Shown: positions 26,907-36,816, counted from the stretch's first letter. The stretch: DNA of 64,000 bases from Candidatus Doudnabacteria bacterium RIFCSPHIGHO2_01_FULL_46_24 (GCA_001777575.1 MFEL01000010.1:84661-148660), one strand, 5' to 3'. The notes: generated by a model not told the origin, from the letters alone. Numbers and translations: made by a program.

Positions 26907-28457
26907 CTAGAACTGGGAAAGGACAGTTTCTATCTGTATCCGGCCATTGAAACGAGGGGCTTTGCGGACGAAAAATGGCGAAAATTTCACGTCCACGCGG
27001 TCTATTTCCGGCTTGGAGAGCAAAATCTCCTTGATTTCCGAAGCTTTTTTGCCGGATAAAATCCGGCTAAGATTGGTCTGGTCAATTTTGTAAGCCACGA
27101 GCGTCTCGAAATGGACAGCCAAAGTCCCTATTCCAACACCAAGATCCAGGGATTTGAATGAAGTTGTGAGTTTCTGTTCAGCGCCTTCCACCAAATATTT
27201 ATCTTCCGAAAGCAAGGAGTTGATCTGCTGGCTGATCAAGCCGGAGGCGTCGCTTTGCTTAAAAACCAGTCCGCTTATCCTGGCGATGACTGTGAAGTCA
27301 AAATTTTCCGCCGCGTCTCCCAAATTCTTGTTCGCGGTTTGAGCCAGAACCTCAACTTTTGCGCCGGAAGAAATAAAACTGTGGCCGGGTGTTTCAGCAT
27401 TCAGTTCGGTCTCGGCGGTTTTGATCAAGTCTTCAGTTGACTGAATTAGGGCCTTGTCCAAATCTTCCCGGGACAACGCCAACTGAGCCGAGGAGGTGCC
27501 GCCGGTTATCTCACCGGAGACAGCATAAACCTCTGGCCGGTTTCCCAATGCCGCGTTTTTGATCTCCAGCCGAGTTTGAGAGGACAAATTATAACGCTCC
27601 CCGCCCTCAGCTGCAACTATGGGCACTGGCTGGTTGGGATTGGAATTTTGGGAAGAAGGTTTGATATCAGTCACGTCTCTGGTGAAATGGTAATTTTTGC
27701 CGTCCACCGTAAATGTCGTGGTCGAAGCCAAAAGTTTTAAGGTATTGTTAGTGCCGTTGTAAATCACCACTTCTCCAGAAGCTTTCTCCCCAGCCACTCT
27801 CGTGCCGGTCACTGGATAATTTTTGGTTTGGGACAGCTCGCGCACAATAAGCTTGCCCGGAACAGTCAAAGTGTCTGGATTAAATTCGCTAGCACTTTTG
27901 TCCACGCGCAAATCAATGTCGCGGGAAATCGGCTCTGATCGGGCATACACCACCACATTGGCCTGAGGCAAGCCAATCAAAACCACGCCGACAATAATGG
28001 CCAGGGCCAGCAGACTGATAAGGCCCGTTTTGTAAACCTTTGCAAACCGGGGTTTAGGCAACCCTTTGGTCAAATATTTAGCCAAAGGAGAAGCATCAAC
28101 TTTGAGGACGGATTTCGGCAGGGTTCTTTTGGCCCGCAAATCTCCAACTCCGGTTCGTTTGGTTTGGCTAAACATCCTAGCTCGCGGCGCTATCCGCTTA
28201 ACATCCTCTTCGGTTTGGTCCAAAAGCACGCCGGCTTTGATGGCCAACAGTCTGCCCAATTCGTCATCAGTCGTCACCGAAACTTTCTTGCCCAAAGTTT
28301 CGCCCGTGCGCTTAATAAGTTTAAGGTTGGCCGAGCTCGACAACAGTAAAGAGCCTTTTTCCAATTCAAAGACCACCTCTTTGTCCTTGAGGTCTTTGAT
28401 GCGCCGGATGACTGAAACAATATCATCTTTTTTGCCGAGTTTGATAACCGTAGCCAT
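26907..28457 (-). CDS. Hypothetical membrane-anchored protein (cytoplasmic N-domain, one TM, large extracytoplasmic domain)
   Basis: ORF with a single hydrophobic segment LISLLALAIIVGVVLIGL. No recognisable catalytic motifs. Confidence 0.4.
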   Translation of the reverse strand: MATVIKLGKKDDIVSVIRRIKDLKDKEVVFELEKGSLLLSSSANLKLIKRTGETLGKKVSVTTDDELGRLLAIKAGVLLDQTEEDVKRIAPRARMFSQTKRTGVGDLRAKRTLPKSVLKVDASPLAKYLTKGLPKPRFAKVYKTGLISLLALAIIVGVVLIGLPQANVVVYARSEPISRDIDLRVDKSASEFNPDTLTVPGKLIVRELSQTKNYPVTGTRVAGEKASGEVVIYNGTNNTLKLLASTTTFTVDGKNYHFTRDVTDIKPSSQNSNPNQPVPIVAAEGGERYNLSSQTRLEIKNAALGNRPEVYAVSGEITGGTSSAQLALSREDLDKALIQSTEDLIKTAETELNAETPGHSFISSGAKVEVLAQTANKNLGDAAENFDFTVIARISGLVFKQSDASGLISQQINSLLSEDKYLVEGAEQKLTTSFKSLDLGVGIGTLAVHFETLVAYKIDQTNLSRILSGKKASEIKEILLSKPEIDRVDVKFSPFFVRKAPRFNGRIQIETVLSQF

Positions 28458-28476
28458 TCTTAAGCGTATTCTAGCA

Positions 28477-29277
28477 TTAAGAAGTGATTCCGGCCAATTC
28501 CATGATGTATTTCTCGGGATTGTTCAAAAAATCCAGGCTTTCAGGGTTCGTCACTCCGGTCTGGTACATAGGCTGGCTGCCGCTGATGGCCAGTTTCGAC
28601 ATAAATTTGGTGTCAATCATGCGCACTGGCGGCAAGTCTTGATAATTGGAATTTGGCACAAACTTAAACAGTTCAACCTCGTCAGAGACGACATAGTAGG
28701 CCATACCGTGATGGATCTTGATCGGCTCGTATAAAGAAACAAACTTATCAGCGCACCAATTGGCCGTGACCAAAACTTCTGAGGCGGTGTTGACCATGAT
28801 ATGCCCGTAATTCGGGGGGTAAATTATTTTGTCTCCTGCCTTGCCGCGGATGGCCAAGACATTCAGCACCTTGTGATAGTCTGGTTCGGTTTTCTGGAGT
28901 AGAAACAGCGCTTCGCCATGCAAGACCTCATAAACTTCCGGGTAAGCAATCGGTTGCGTTAACCCGGGTTTGTACGGATGGTAATGGCCGAGCATTTTGT
29001 TGAATTCCTGCCCCAGCATCGTCGGCGGCGTGACGGTAATGTCATATCTGATGTTGTTGTCGCGGATGGTTTGCACATGTTCGGGCATGTGGATGTTGCG
29101 GTACATGTAATACATTTCCTTGCGCTCTGATTGGAAAGAAGGATCCATAAGTACCGGCACCATTTCGGCAAGAGTGCGCACTGCCGGCTGGATGTCCCTA
29201 AGCGGCGGGTTAAACTTGAGGCGAAAGTCGTTAGTCACTTCAATTGGCAAACTCGAAATTTGTTCAAGGTTTATCAT
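28477..29277 (-). CDS. Cupin-type glucose-6-phosphate isomerase-like protein (archaeal cPGI family)
   Basis: PTMLGQEFNKMLGHYHPY...YPEVYEVLHGEA matches the cPGI signature (...GxEF..TxGHxH...ExY..L.G) seen in Pyrococcus/Thermococcus PGIs. Confidence 0.55.
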   Translation of the reverse strand: MINLEQISSLPIEVTNDFRLKFNPPLRDIQPAVRTLAEMVPVLMDPSFQSERKEMYYMYRNIHMPEHVQTIRDNNIRYDITVTPPTMLGQEFNKMLGHYHPYKPGLTQPIAYPEVYEVLHGEALFLLQKTEPDYHKVLNVLAIRGKAGDKIIYPPNYGHIMVNTASEVLVTANWCADKFVSLYEPIKIHHGMAYYVVSDEVELFKFVPNSNYQDLPPVRMIDTKFMSKLAISGSQPMYQTGVTNPESLDFLNNPEKYIMELAGITS

Positions 29278-31175
29278 ATGGTAGTCGCCTTAATTCTTCG
29301 GACCCCGGCGGACACAGCTTCTTCTTTCTTAATCTTAAATTGGCCAAGCTCGCCGGTGTGCGCAACATGCGGGCCACCGCAGAATTCGCGGGAAAAAACC
29401 GAACCGTCTTTATTATATATGCTATACACGCTTACGACCTCGCCATACTTGGCCCCAAACTCGGCCAAGGCGCCCGATTTCTCAGCCTCGGCTTTAGGCA
29501 TCTCTTCCCTCTTGACCTCAAGGTTCTCTGAAATTTTTTGATTGACGATTTTTTCAGCTTGCTCCAATTGCTCTTTCGTCATTTTCTCGGGATGCGAAAA
29601 ATCTATTCGCAGCCGCTCGGAGCTGACATTTGATCCCCTCTGAAGCACATGGCTGCCCAAAACCTGACGCAATGCCGCCAAAAGCAGATGATGTGCCGTA
29701 TGATGCTTAATAGTCTGCGGTTCGTGGTCCACCAGCCCGCCCTTGAACATGCCACTTGATGCTGTCTGTGAAAGCTTTCTATGTTTTTCTTTGTATTTCT
29801 CCAATTCCACTTCAAATCCTTGAAGTAAACCAATATGCAAATACCCTCTTGATTCCGCAACTTCTTTCGTTAACTCCAACGGGTATCCGAAAGTCTGAAA
29901 TAAATCAAAAGCATCCTTTCCTGAAAGACCGTTATGCTCCTTAATCCTTTTCTCAATCTCTTTTTCACCTCTTTCCAAAGTTTCCATAAATTTCATTTCT
30001 TCCGCTTCAAAAACTTCCTGTATTTTTTTTGTTTGTTGTGAAAGCTCCGGATAAGCGTCATTATAGATGTCAGTAACAACCCGGACTAACGGGTAAAGAT
30101 TTGAAAATCCTGGTGCAAATTTATAGGCATTAAATATGGATCGGCGTAAAAGTCTTCTGAGAACGTAACCGCGTTCTTTATTGCTAGGCAATACTCCGTC
30201 TCCAATCATAAAAACAGCCGCCCTGACATGATCAGCCACAATCCTCATTCGGGATTTTTGATCAATTTCAACTGAACCATAATCCCAGCTGTAATTCTTA
30301 CGAAGTGCGTCAAAAACCCCCTTTAATACATCAACCTCAAAAATATCCGGATCATTATTCGATGCCGCAGCTAACCTCTCCAGTCCGCCGCCGAAATCCA
30401 CATTTTGCTGCTTTAGCTTCTCGAAACCTCTCTCGGTCTTTACATATTCCATAAAAACCGAGTTTCCAATTTCCAAAAAACGGCCGCAATCGCAATTAGG
30501 GTGGCAATTTTTGCCGAATTTTGGGTCGTGGGGCGTTCCAAAATCATAAAACACTTCAGAATCAGGCCCTCCCGGCTCCCCAACCGGCATGTTCGCAGGA
30601 ACGCCGGTTCTGCTCCACCAGTTCTTTTTTGCTCCGTAATAAAAAATTCTGCCTTCCTGCATTCCTTCTTCGCTCCCCTTTTCTTCTGTAATCAGTTCAA
30701 CAATTGGGGCAGGGATTCCGCCTGTCTCGAACAAATTTTGCCAAATCGCCGGGGATTCTTCATCTCGGGGAATGTTATTCTCTGGATCTCCGACAAACAC
30801 CGACACATACAGACGATCGGCAGGCAAACCGACACCTGTTTCTTTATTTGTCAAAAACTCAAAAAACCAGGCAAGCTGGTCTTTTTTCCAATAATCGCCG
30901 AGAGACCAATTGCCAAGCATTTCAAAAAAAGTTGTGTGCCTGTTGTCGCCGACTTCTTCTATATCTTCTGCGCGAAAACTTTTCTGTGAATTAACCAGTT
31001 TCGTACCGTCCGGATGCTTTTCTCCAAGCAAATATGGAACGAGTGGCTGCATTCCTGATCCAATAAACAAGGTGCTCGAGTCTCCTTCAGGGATCAGTGG
31101 CGCGGAAGGGATTACCTTGTGGCCCCTTGCTTGGAAAAATTTAAGATATTTTTCTCTAAGCTCGTGCGATGTCAT
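29274..31175 (-). CDS. alaS: Alanine--tRNA ligase, compact 633-aa form lacking the C-Ala domain
   Basis: N-terminal MTSHELREKYLKFFQARGHKVIPSAPLIP...; editing-domain HTAHHLLLAALRQVLGSHV and ...CGGPHVAHTGELGQFKIKKEEAVSAGVRRIKA at the C-terminus. Confidence 0.9.
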   Translation of the reverse strand: MTSHELREKYLKFFQARGHKVIPSAPLIPEGDSSTLFIGSGMQPLVPYLLGEKHPDGTKLVNSQKSFRAEDIEEVGDNRHTTFFEMLGNWSLGDYWKKDQLAWFFEFLTNKETGVGLPADRLYVSVFVGDPENNIPRDEESPAIWQNLFETGGIPAPIVELITEEKGSEEGMQEGRIFYYGAKKNWWSRTGVPANMPVGEPGGPDSEVFYDFGTPHDPKFGKNCHPNCDCGRFLEIGNSVFMEYVKTERGFEKLKQQNVDFGGGLERLAAASNNDPDIFEVDVLKGVFDALRKNYSWDYGSVEIDQKSRMRIVADHVRAAVFMIGDGVLPSNKERGYVLRRLLRRSIFNAYKFAPGFSNLYPLVRVVTDIYNDAYPELSQQTKKIQEVFEAEEMKFMETLERGEKEIEKRIKEHNGLSGKDAFDLFQTFGYPLELTKEVAESRGYLHIGLLQGFEVELEKYKEKHRKLSQTASSGMFKGGLVDHEPQTIKHHTAHHLLLAALRQVLGSHVLQRGSNVSSERLRIDFSHPEKMTKEQLEQAEKIVNQKISENLEVKREEMPKAEAEKSGALAEFGAKYGEVVSVYSIYNKDGSVFSREFCGGPHVAHTGELGQFKIKKEEAVSAGVRRIKATTI

Positions 31176-31187
31176 ATGATTGACTAA

Positions 31188-32396
31188 TTACCTCAACAAC
31201 TCCAAGGCTTTGTCCATTTGGGGATCACGGTCAGCTTCGATGTCTTCTCTGGTCATCTCAACTTTGATGTCCGGCTCCAAGCCGTTTTTGTTAATATCCC
31301 GCCCTTTTGGCGTGCGCCATTTGCCGGTGGTGATTTTCAAATCCGAGCCGTCTTTCATAAGGTTAAGCTCCTGCACCGAGCCTTTGCCAAAAGTTTTATC
31401 GCCAACCAATGTTGCCTTCTTATGATCCTGCAGCGCCCCGGCCAAAATTTCCGCAGCCGAAGCCGAGCCGCCGTTTATTAAAACCACGGTTTTTAACTCT
31501 TTCAGCCTAGCCAACCCGCTTGATGGATAAGATTTCTCCTCGTCATTAAACCGAACTTCTTTGACCACAACTTTCCCTGAATCCACCCAATTCGAGGCGA
31601 TCTCGATGCTGGTCTCCAAGTATCCGCCCGGGTTATTTCTCAAATCCACAATCAGTCCGTCATAATTGCCGGCCATGACCACATCCACCACATGATCAAA
31701 CAAGCCTTTGGTATCGTCCCCAAAACGATTTAATTTGATAATGCCAATCTTTTTCCCGTCAATCTCGTTGGTTTCGAATTTCAAGCTTTTGATCTCGATG
31801 CGGGCGCGCTGAATAATTTTCTCTTCCGGCTGCCGCTCATCTTTATGCAAAATGCTCAACGTGACTTCGCTGCCGGCAGGGCCGCGGATTTTGGACACTG
31901 CCTGGTCAACTGTCAGTCCGTTGGTCGGCTCGCCATTTATGGCTAATATCCCATCTCCGGGCAGAAGGCCGGCTTTCGCCGCCGGAGTGCCTTCCAGAGG
32001 CGCTATGACCACGAGCTGGTCATTTTTGATGCCAATCTCCGCGCCGATGCCATTAAAACTCCCGGAAAGTTCTTCATCGAATTCTTTCGCTTCTTTCGGA
32101 TCAAGGAAAACCGTATAAGGATCACCAACGGCCCTGACCAATCCGGCAACTGCGCCATATAAAAGCTCCTGTTGGTCAAGCGGTCGGTCCACATATTTCC
32201 GGTTAAGCAAATCCAAAGTCTCCCAAAGCAGCGAGTAATCCCCGTTGGTGGGAACATTGCCGCGCTGGATGGTGATGTTGCTGCCCTCAAGCCTAATCTT
32301 TTGACTACCAACGCCATAGCCAATACCAAACACCAGCCCCAAAATAAGAACTGAGGCAATTAAATTGAGACTTTTTTTCTGGTCCATTATTGTCAC
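31188..32396 (-). CDS. ctpA: Carboxyl-terminal processing protease (peptidase S41, PDZ-containing)
   Basis: N-terminal TM, PDZ region, and catalytic GGSASAAEILAGALQD. Confidence 0.85.
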   Translation of the reverse strand: MTIMDQKKSLNLIASVLILGLVFGIGYGVGSQKIRLEGSNITIQRGNVPTNGDYSLLWETLDLLNRKYVDRPLDQQELLYGAVAGLVRAVGDPYTVFLDPKEAKEFDEELSGSFNGIGAEIGIKNDQLVVIAPLEGTPAAKAGLLPGDGILAINGEPTNGLTVDQAVSKIRGPAGSEVTLSILHKDERQPEEKIIQRARIEIKSLKFETNEIDGKKIGIIKLNRFGDDTKGLFDHVVDVVMAGNYDGLIVDLRNNPGGYLETSIEIASNWVDSGKVVVKEVRFNDEEKSYPSSGLARLKELKTVVLINGGSASAAEILAGALQDHKKATLVGDKTFGKGSVQELNLMKDGSDLKITTGKWRTPKGRDINKNGLEPDIKVEMTREDIEADRDPQMDKALELLR

Positions 32397-32443
32397 TTTA
32401 ACAAATTATATCTCGCAAGTAAAATGATAGTCCTTAATAGACG

Positions 32444-32472
32444 TTGACAAACATTTATGGCAGTTTTATACT
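32444..32472 (+). promoter_or_regulatory. Consensus sigma70-type promoter TTGACA-17nt-TATACT reading into a GC-rich non-coding island
   Basis: TTGACA at 32444-32449 and TATACT at 32467-32472 with a 17-nt spacer, followed by AAGGAGG at 32486-32492. Confidence 0.5.
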
Positions 32473-33126
32473 CGTTTTATCACACAAGGAGGTACCAATA
32501 GCCCGTCGTCACCACCGTTACCCTCTGCGGCGCTCGCGATCGCTCTATCGTTACTGGATCGCCCGCCGCGCGCTCGTGGCCGTTCTTCTCTGTCGCCGGA
32601 GGTGCAACGCTTAGTTCGGCAAGCCTAGCAAGCTTGCGTGGCCTGTAACAGATCCATCAAGATGAAGGAGGTCTGGCATGGCCCGCATCACGCTTGACGG
32701 TTTCGGCCCCGAGGTACGGCCGCCGTGATCTAACTTCCTCTTCAGGCTCCGTCCACGAGACCAATGGCCTGATGGTTGTGAACAGCCTGTAGCTGTTCCA
32801 ATTTCGGCAGTGGCACAGCGCTGCATCAGTCCGTTGCCTCAGACGCAACAACCACGGATTTCGTGAAAGGAGCAGCTATAGCCAGCTAACCCTCCTCAAC
32901 TGGCGAACACTGAACAGCGCGAGCCCGAGCCTCGACTCGGGCGACCAAATCGGCTGCCACTGGGCGGCCGAAGGCAACTGCCTTGGACAGACTTAAGAGC
33001 ACGAACTAAGTGCTGGACTGAAGTCCGGGACAGGAAGCCAAACGACGATGGGAAACCGGGGGTAGGAGCAACCGACGGCACAAGCTGCCATCAACCGCTC
33101 CTCCCCCCATCCCTCTCTCAACGTTC

Positions 33127-33978
33127 TCAATGGACGCTTTTTTTGTTTCTAAACAAATTCACGACAAGAACCAAGAACATTCGCAGATTTATACCAAGAT
33201 AAACCAGCTGGTTAAAAAGCCGGTTATATTTTTGTGCGTAATGCTTGCGGTAAAAAATTTTCATGGCATCATGCGCCAACTTGATGGTACGAAACGGAAC
33301 CAATTGTGCTGAACCGTATTTGTAATGCGTAATCACGACCTGGGGATAATACATTACCTTGTACCCGGCTTCCTTGACGCGCCAGCACCAGTCCAAATCC
33401 TCGCCATACATGAAAAAATCCTCGTCGAGTAATCCGATTTGGTCCATTACGGATTTTCTGATCATCAGATATGCACCCATGACTGAATCAACTTCGGTTT
33501 CCTGGTCAATAGGCCTCGTGATATTGTAATTACTGAATTTTCGCAGTCCAAACAAGCGCAAAAAAGCATTCCGGGGATTGGGAAATTTCCTGCGACAAGC
33601 TTCATCTAATTCCCCATTTGGCAGCAAAACTTTGCAGCCCATAGCCCCGGCTTCCGCATGCAAGTTCATGTATCTGATAGACAGATCAAAAGTATTGGAC
33701 TTAACTTCTGTGTCAGAGTTCAAAAGCAATGAATATCGTCCTTGGGCAAGGCGCAGGGCCGCGTTATTCCCTTTTGAAAATCCCAAATTCGCGTTATTTT
33801 CAATCAATTTCACTTCCGGAAATTCCGCCCCGATCATTTCCTGGCTGCCGTCTTGCGACTCATTGTCCGAAACTAAAACCTCAAACTGAAAATTCGTATG
33901 CGAAGCAAACACCGACTTCAGACATTTTCGCAGAAGATCTTTGGTATTGTAATTAAGAATAATAATTGTTAAATCCAT
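33127..33978 (-). CDS. Glycosyltransferase family 2
   Basis: MDLTIIILNYNTKDLLRKCLKSV...DNESQDGS (DxD region), from the internal start. The track ORF extends 12 codons upstream. Confidence 0.75.
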   Translation of the reverse strand: MDLTIIILNYNTKDLLRKCLKSVFASHTNFQFEVLVSDNESQDGSQEMIGAEFPEVKLIENNANLGFSKGNNAALRLAQGRYSLLLNSDTEVKSNTFDLSIRYMNLHAEAGAMGCKVLLPNGELDEACRRKFPNPRNAFLRLFGLRKFSNYNITRPIDQETEVDSVMGAYLMIRKSVMDQIGLLDEDFFMYGEDLDWCWRVKEAGYKVMYYPQVVITHYKYGSAQLVPFRTIKLAHDAMKIFYRKHYAQKYNRLFNQLVYLGINLRMFLVLVVNLFRNKKSVH

Positions 33979-34028
33979 GATATTATATAAGATGAATCTG
34001 GATACTTTTGCCAAGGAGGAAAGGATAC

Positions 34029-34322
34029 ATGCACTCAGGCATGGTCCCGCGCTTGACGCCGATCGGGTCTGAAATCCAAACTATGATCGACCGTGCCGCA
34101 TTGGCTCCCGTGGTCGATCTGACACTAAGCGTCTTGGATGAACTGGCCAAGTGGCACCGACACTACTTGGAATACCTGCGATACTATGACCAGAGAAAAG
34201 CAGCTATGGCCGAAACTCTGGCCTTTTACAAGACGTTGAAGATCCGGGTCTGCCCACTAGCCATCCATAAGAAGATCAAGCGAATTATTGCGGAGTTGTC
34301 CGCGATACCCCTTAAACCCTGA
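34029..34322 (+). CDS. Hypothetical protein (GC-richer, plus strand)
   Basis: AGGAGGAAAGG RBS at 34014-34024, then ATG at 34029. No recognisable family. Confidence 0.35.
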   Translation: MHSGMVPRLTPIGSEIQTMIDRAALAPVVDLTLSVLDELAKWHRHYLEYLRYYDQRKAAMAETLAFYKTLKIRVCPLAIHKKIKRIIAELSAIPLKP

Positions 34323-34338
34323 TGCCGTAAAGCTCTTC

Positions 34339-35349
34339 CTAGCCTCGGTGCAAAACTGCGGCTCTTTTTTTTAATATTCTGGGAACTTGTCGTAACAACA
34401 GGGGAATCACTTTTAATGTACTAATCTCAAACAGCAGTATATACCCAAGCATGGCGATTTCCCGAACGATAAAAAACGGCAGCCACCGCAACGGGGCATT
34501 TTTAATATACATCAAAATGTGGTTCTTGTAATTTAGTTGCCGAACAACAGGTGAAAGCTGCTTGTGGTGCTTGATAAAATTCCAGACTTTCAGATAACCA
34601 CCCCTGGATGAACCGGCTGCCCGACCGTGATAAGCCACCGCTTCCGGCACGTAAACGTTCAGAAGCCCCGCGCGGTTCAAGCGCCAGGACAAATCCACGT
34701 CTTCCCAGTAAGACCCAAAATCTTCATCAAAGAACTCACACAAATCATCTTCTCCCCTTGCGGGAGAAGATGTCGCCCCAGCGACAGATGAGGGGGAACA
34801 ATACTTCACAGCATCCAAGGTGTTTCGCCGATACATAGGCCCTGCACCGCTGACGCCAAAAACCTTCAAGGTTCGACCTTGATCAAATTGGCCTTGATCA
34901 ACTTGGTTCTGGCCCCGATCACGCCCTCGGCCTGACACTGACATTACAACCCCAGTTGAATCTATAATACCGGTCTTTTGGTTATGCTCGAAATCATAAC
35001 GCAAAAGTTTCCCGGTTGCCGCAGCTATCTTGGGGTCTTCAAAAGCTTTAAGCATTTTTTCGATATAATCAGGCTCCAAAATCAAATCCGGATTCACAAG
35101 CTGGATAAATTCGCCGGAAGAATTCTTTATCCCCAAATTGTTCCCTCCGGCAAACCCAAGATTTTTTCCAGGATCCAAAATCTTAACCTGTGGATAATCC
35201 TTTTGAAGCATTTCCCTGGCCCCGTCATCAGCATTGATCACCGTAATCACTTCCAAGTCTTTGTGAGTCTGCCCCAAGACCGCATCCATCACTGGCTTAA
35301 GATATTTCTTGCTGTTCCAAAGGATAACAATTACGCTAACTTTTGGCAT
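34339..35349 (-). CDS. Glycosyltransferase family 2
   Basis: MPKVSVIVILWNSKKYLKPVMDAVLGQTHKDLEVITVINADDG... from the internal start (approximate to within 1 nt). Confidence 0.75.
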   Translation of the reverse strand: MPKVSVIVILWNSKKYLKPVMDAVLGQTHKDLEVITVINADDGAREMLQKDYPQVKILDPGKNLGFAGGNNLGIKNSSGEFIQLVNPDLILEPDYIEKMLKAFEDPKIAAATGKLLRYDFEHNQKTGIIDSTGVVMSVSGRGRDRGQNQVDQGQFDQGRTLKVFGVSGAGPMYRRNTLDAVKYCSPSSVAGATSSPARGEDDLCEFFDEDFGSYWEDVDLSWRLNRAGLLNVYVPEAVAYHGRAAGSSRGGYLKVWNFIKHHKQLSPVVRQLNYKNHILMYIKNAPLRWLPFFIVREIAMLGYILLFEISTLKVIPLLLRQVPRILKKRAAVLHRG

Positions 35350-36235
35350 TTCGTTCGAGATATTTAATGCCGGTTGCAAATTTCTTTTCGTCCTGATTAT
35401 CGATGCCATGAAACAGATCTACCAAGGCGCTTACGTTCCAAAAAAACATCAATTTTTTCTTGAGCATGCCAGGATTCGGATGCTGATAATATTGCAAAAA
35501 CTCATCCAGAAAATCCGGGGTAAAATCATCGGGATCAACCATCCAGCGGAGATCCAAATCAGGATCGGAAATTGCAATATCGCCGAAATCTATTATTCCC
35601 TCAATTTTCTGGTTGTCCCAATTGTAAATTATATGGTCCGGACTGAGGTCTTGGTGCACCAAAACTGCGGGAGATTCAAACTCGGCAAGTTCCTGAAAAT
35701 AAAACCTAAATTGGGATTCCAAATAGCCGATCAAACGCTGCGGTATTCTGCCTTGAAGCTCGGGGAGACGCTGATGCTTTTTTGTGTAAATTTCTTTTGA
35801 GGTTTCTTCCCATGCTACGCACTGCCGCGCTACATCAAGAGGGAAACTGTGCAGCTTTGAGACAAAATCCGCCAAATCCTTAGCCGCCCTTGTCTTGGCG
35901 GAAGCTGAAAGCGTCCCGAAAAGATCCGGCTTCAAAGGAACCCCAACTATCTGCGAGTAGCCCACAAACGGCAGATCCTTGTGCTTGCCCACGTATTGAA
36001 AATTGGGAATCGCTAAATTGAAAAAATCCTGCAGCTTAGGCATCAAGCATATCTCGGCTTGTATTTGCTTTATTAAATAGTCGCGGCCATCTTGCGGAAA
36101 TCGAAACTCTAAACCCCCATTCGCCAAAAAAGCAAAGTTATCCCACCCTTCGCCTATTTTCTCAATGCTTTTAACCTTAAGGCCGGAAAAGTTTTCTTCG
36201 ATAACTTTTTTATATTCCTCAATTCCCGTAAGCAT
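35336..36235 (-). CDS. Aminoglycoside-phosphotransferase-like kinase (APH/choline-kinase fold)
   Basis: VLVHQDLSPDHIIY (Brenner HxDhxxxN motif) and IDFGD. Confidence 0.65.
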   Translation of the reverse strand: MLTGIEEYKKVIEENFSGLKVKSIEKIGEGWDNFAFLANGGLEFRFPQDGRDYLIKQIQAEICLMPKLQDFFNLAIPNFQYVGKHKDLPFVGYSQIVGVPLKPDLFGTLSASAKTRAAKDLADFVSKLHSFPLDVARQCVAWEETSKEIYTKKHQRLPELQGRIPQRLIGYLESQFRFYFQELAEFESPAVLVHQDLSPDHIIYNWDNQKIEGIIDFGDIAISDPDLDLRWMVDPDDFTPDFLDEFLQYYQHPNPGMLKKKLMFFWNVSALVDLFHGIDNQDEKKFATGIKYLERNAKS

Positions 36236-36246
36236 AAAATTTTAGT

Positions 36247-36283
36247 AAATACTAAAATACTGTAAAGTATTTAAGTATTGTAA
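36247..36283. promoter_or_regulatory. Inverted-repeat box AAATACT-GTAA-AGTATTT(AAGTATT) downstream of paralog 3
   Basis: Identical to the upstream copy. Confidence 0.5.
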
Positions 36284-36804
36284 TTACTCGCTAAAAGCTT
36301 ATCTAATTCCGAATATAACTTGCGCTTAGCACCCAACTTCTCCAAAATTTCTTTCATCTGGCGTTTTTCTTTCTGGGAAGACGACTTTGCCCAGTGCTCC
36401 AGCATGATCTGCGGCCAGAAGTACATCGGGTACTTGCGTTTGAGAGCTGATAATCTTACCGGCTTTTCCGCTTCGCCTAAATTCTTTCTTTTTTGCCTTG
36501 TTCTCTCCAAAACCAGCCTGTATCCTTCTCCCGACTGCTGCGTCCAATGGTTTACCCGGGCAATAGTTGGCTCGCTCACCTTCAACGCTTCTCTGATGTT
36601 CTGATACGTCTCGCCGTTGAGCAGTAGTTCGGCGATCTTAAGCCTCTTGGCAAGCATTTCCATTTCCTGCTTGCCCAAAAGGTCTGTGAGCAATTGCGCG
36701 GCCTCACGCGTATTTTGAATCGCCGCAATAGCTGTGCACAAACTCATAATCATTTCCTGAGTATCTTTATAACTCAATTTTGCTTTCAACGAAAACTTGG
36801 CCAT
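36271..36804 (-). CDS. TrpR-like DNA-binding protein (YerC/YecD family), paralog 3
   Basis: LAKRLKIAELLLNGETYQNIREALKVSEPTIARVN core. Confidence 0.6.
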   Translation of the reverse strand: MAKFSLKAKLSYKDTQEMIMSLCTAIAAIQNTREAAQLLTDLLGKQEMEMLAKRLKIAELLLNGETYQNIREALKVSEPTIARVNHWTQQSGEGYRLVLERTRQKRKNLGEAEKPVRLSALKRKYPMYFWPQIMLEHWAKSSSQKEKRQMKEILEKLGAKRKLYSELDKLLASNYNT

Positions 36805-36816
36805 ATAATTACTTTA

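Noticed and set aside
33030-33075. Possible SRP (4.5S) RNA domain IV (GTCCGGGACAGGAAGCC resembling GTCCGGAAGGAAGCAGCC)
   Set aside because: The GGAA tetraloop and the closing helix cannot be formed, and the conserved AGCAGCCA element is absent; the similarity is judged superficial.
32611-33081. Three 61-71-aa minus-strand ORFs in the GC-rich island
   Set aside because: Arg/Ser/Gly-rich low-complexity translations typical of random ORFs in GC-rich DNA, with no RBS; the region is treated as non-coding or degraded.
32440-33126. tmRNA, 6S RNA, rRNA fragment or tRNA in the GC-rich island
   Set aside because: No T-arm GGTTCGANTCC/CCA end, no tag-peptide reading frame ending ...AA-stop, and no recognisable rRNA signature strings were found by eye on either strand.
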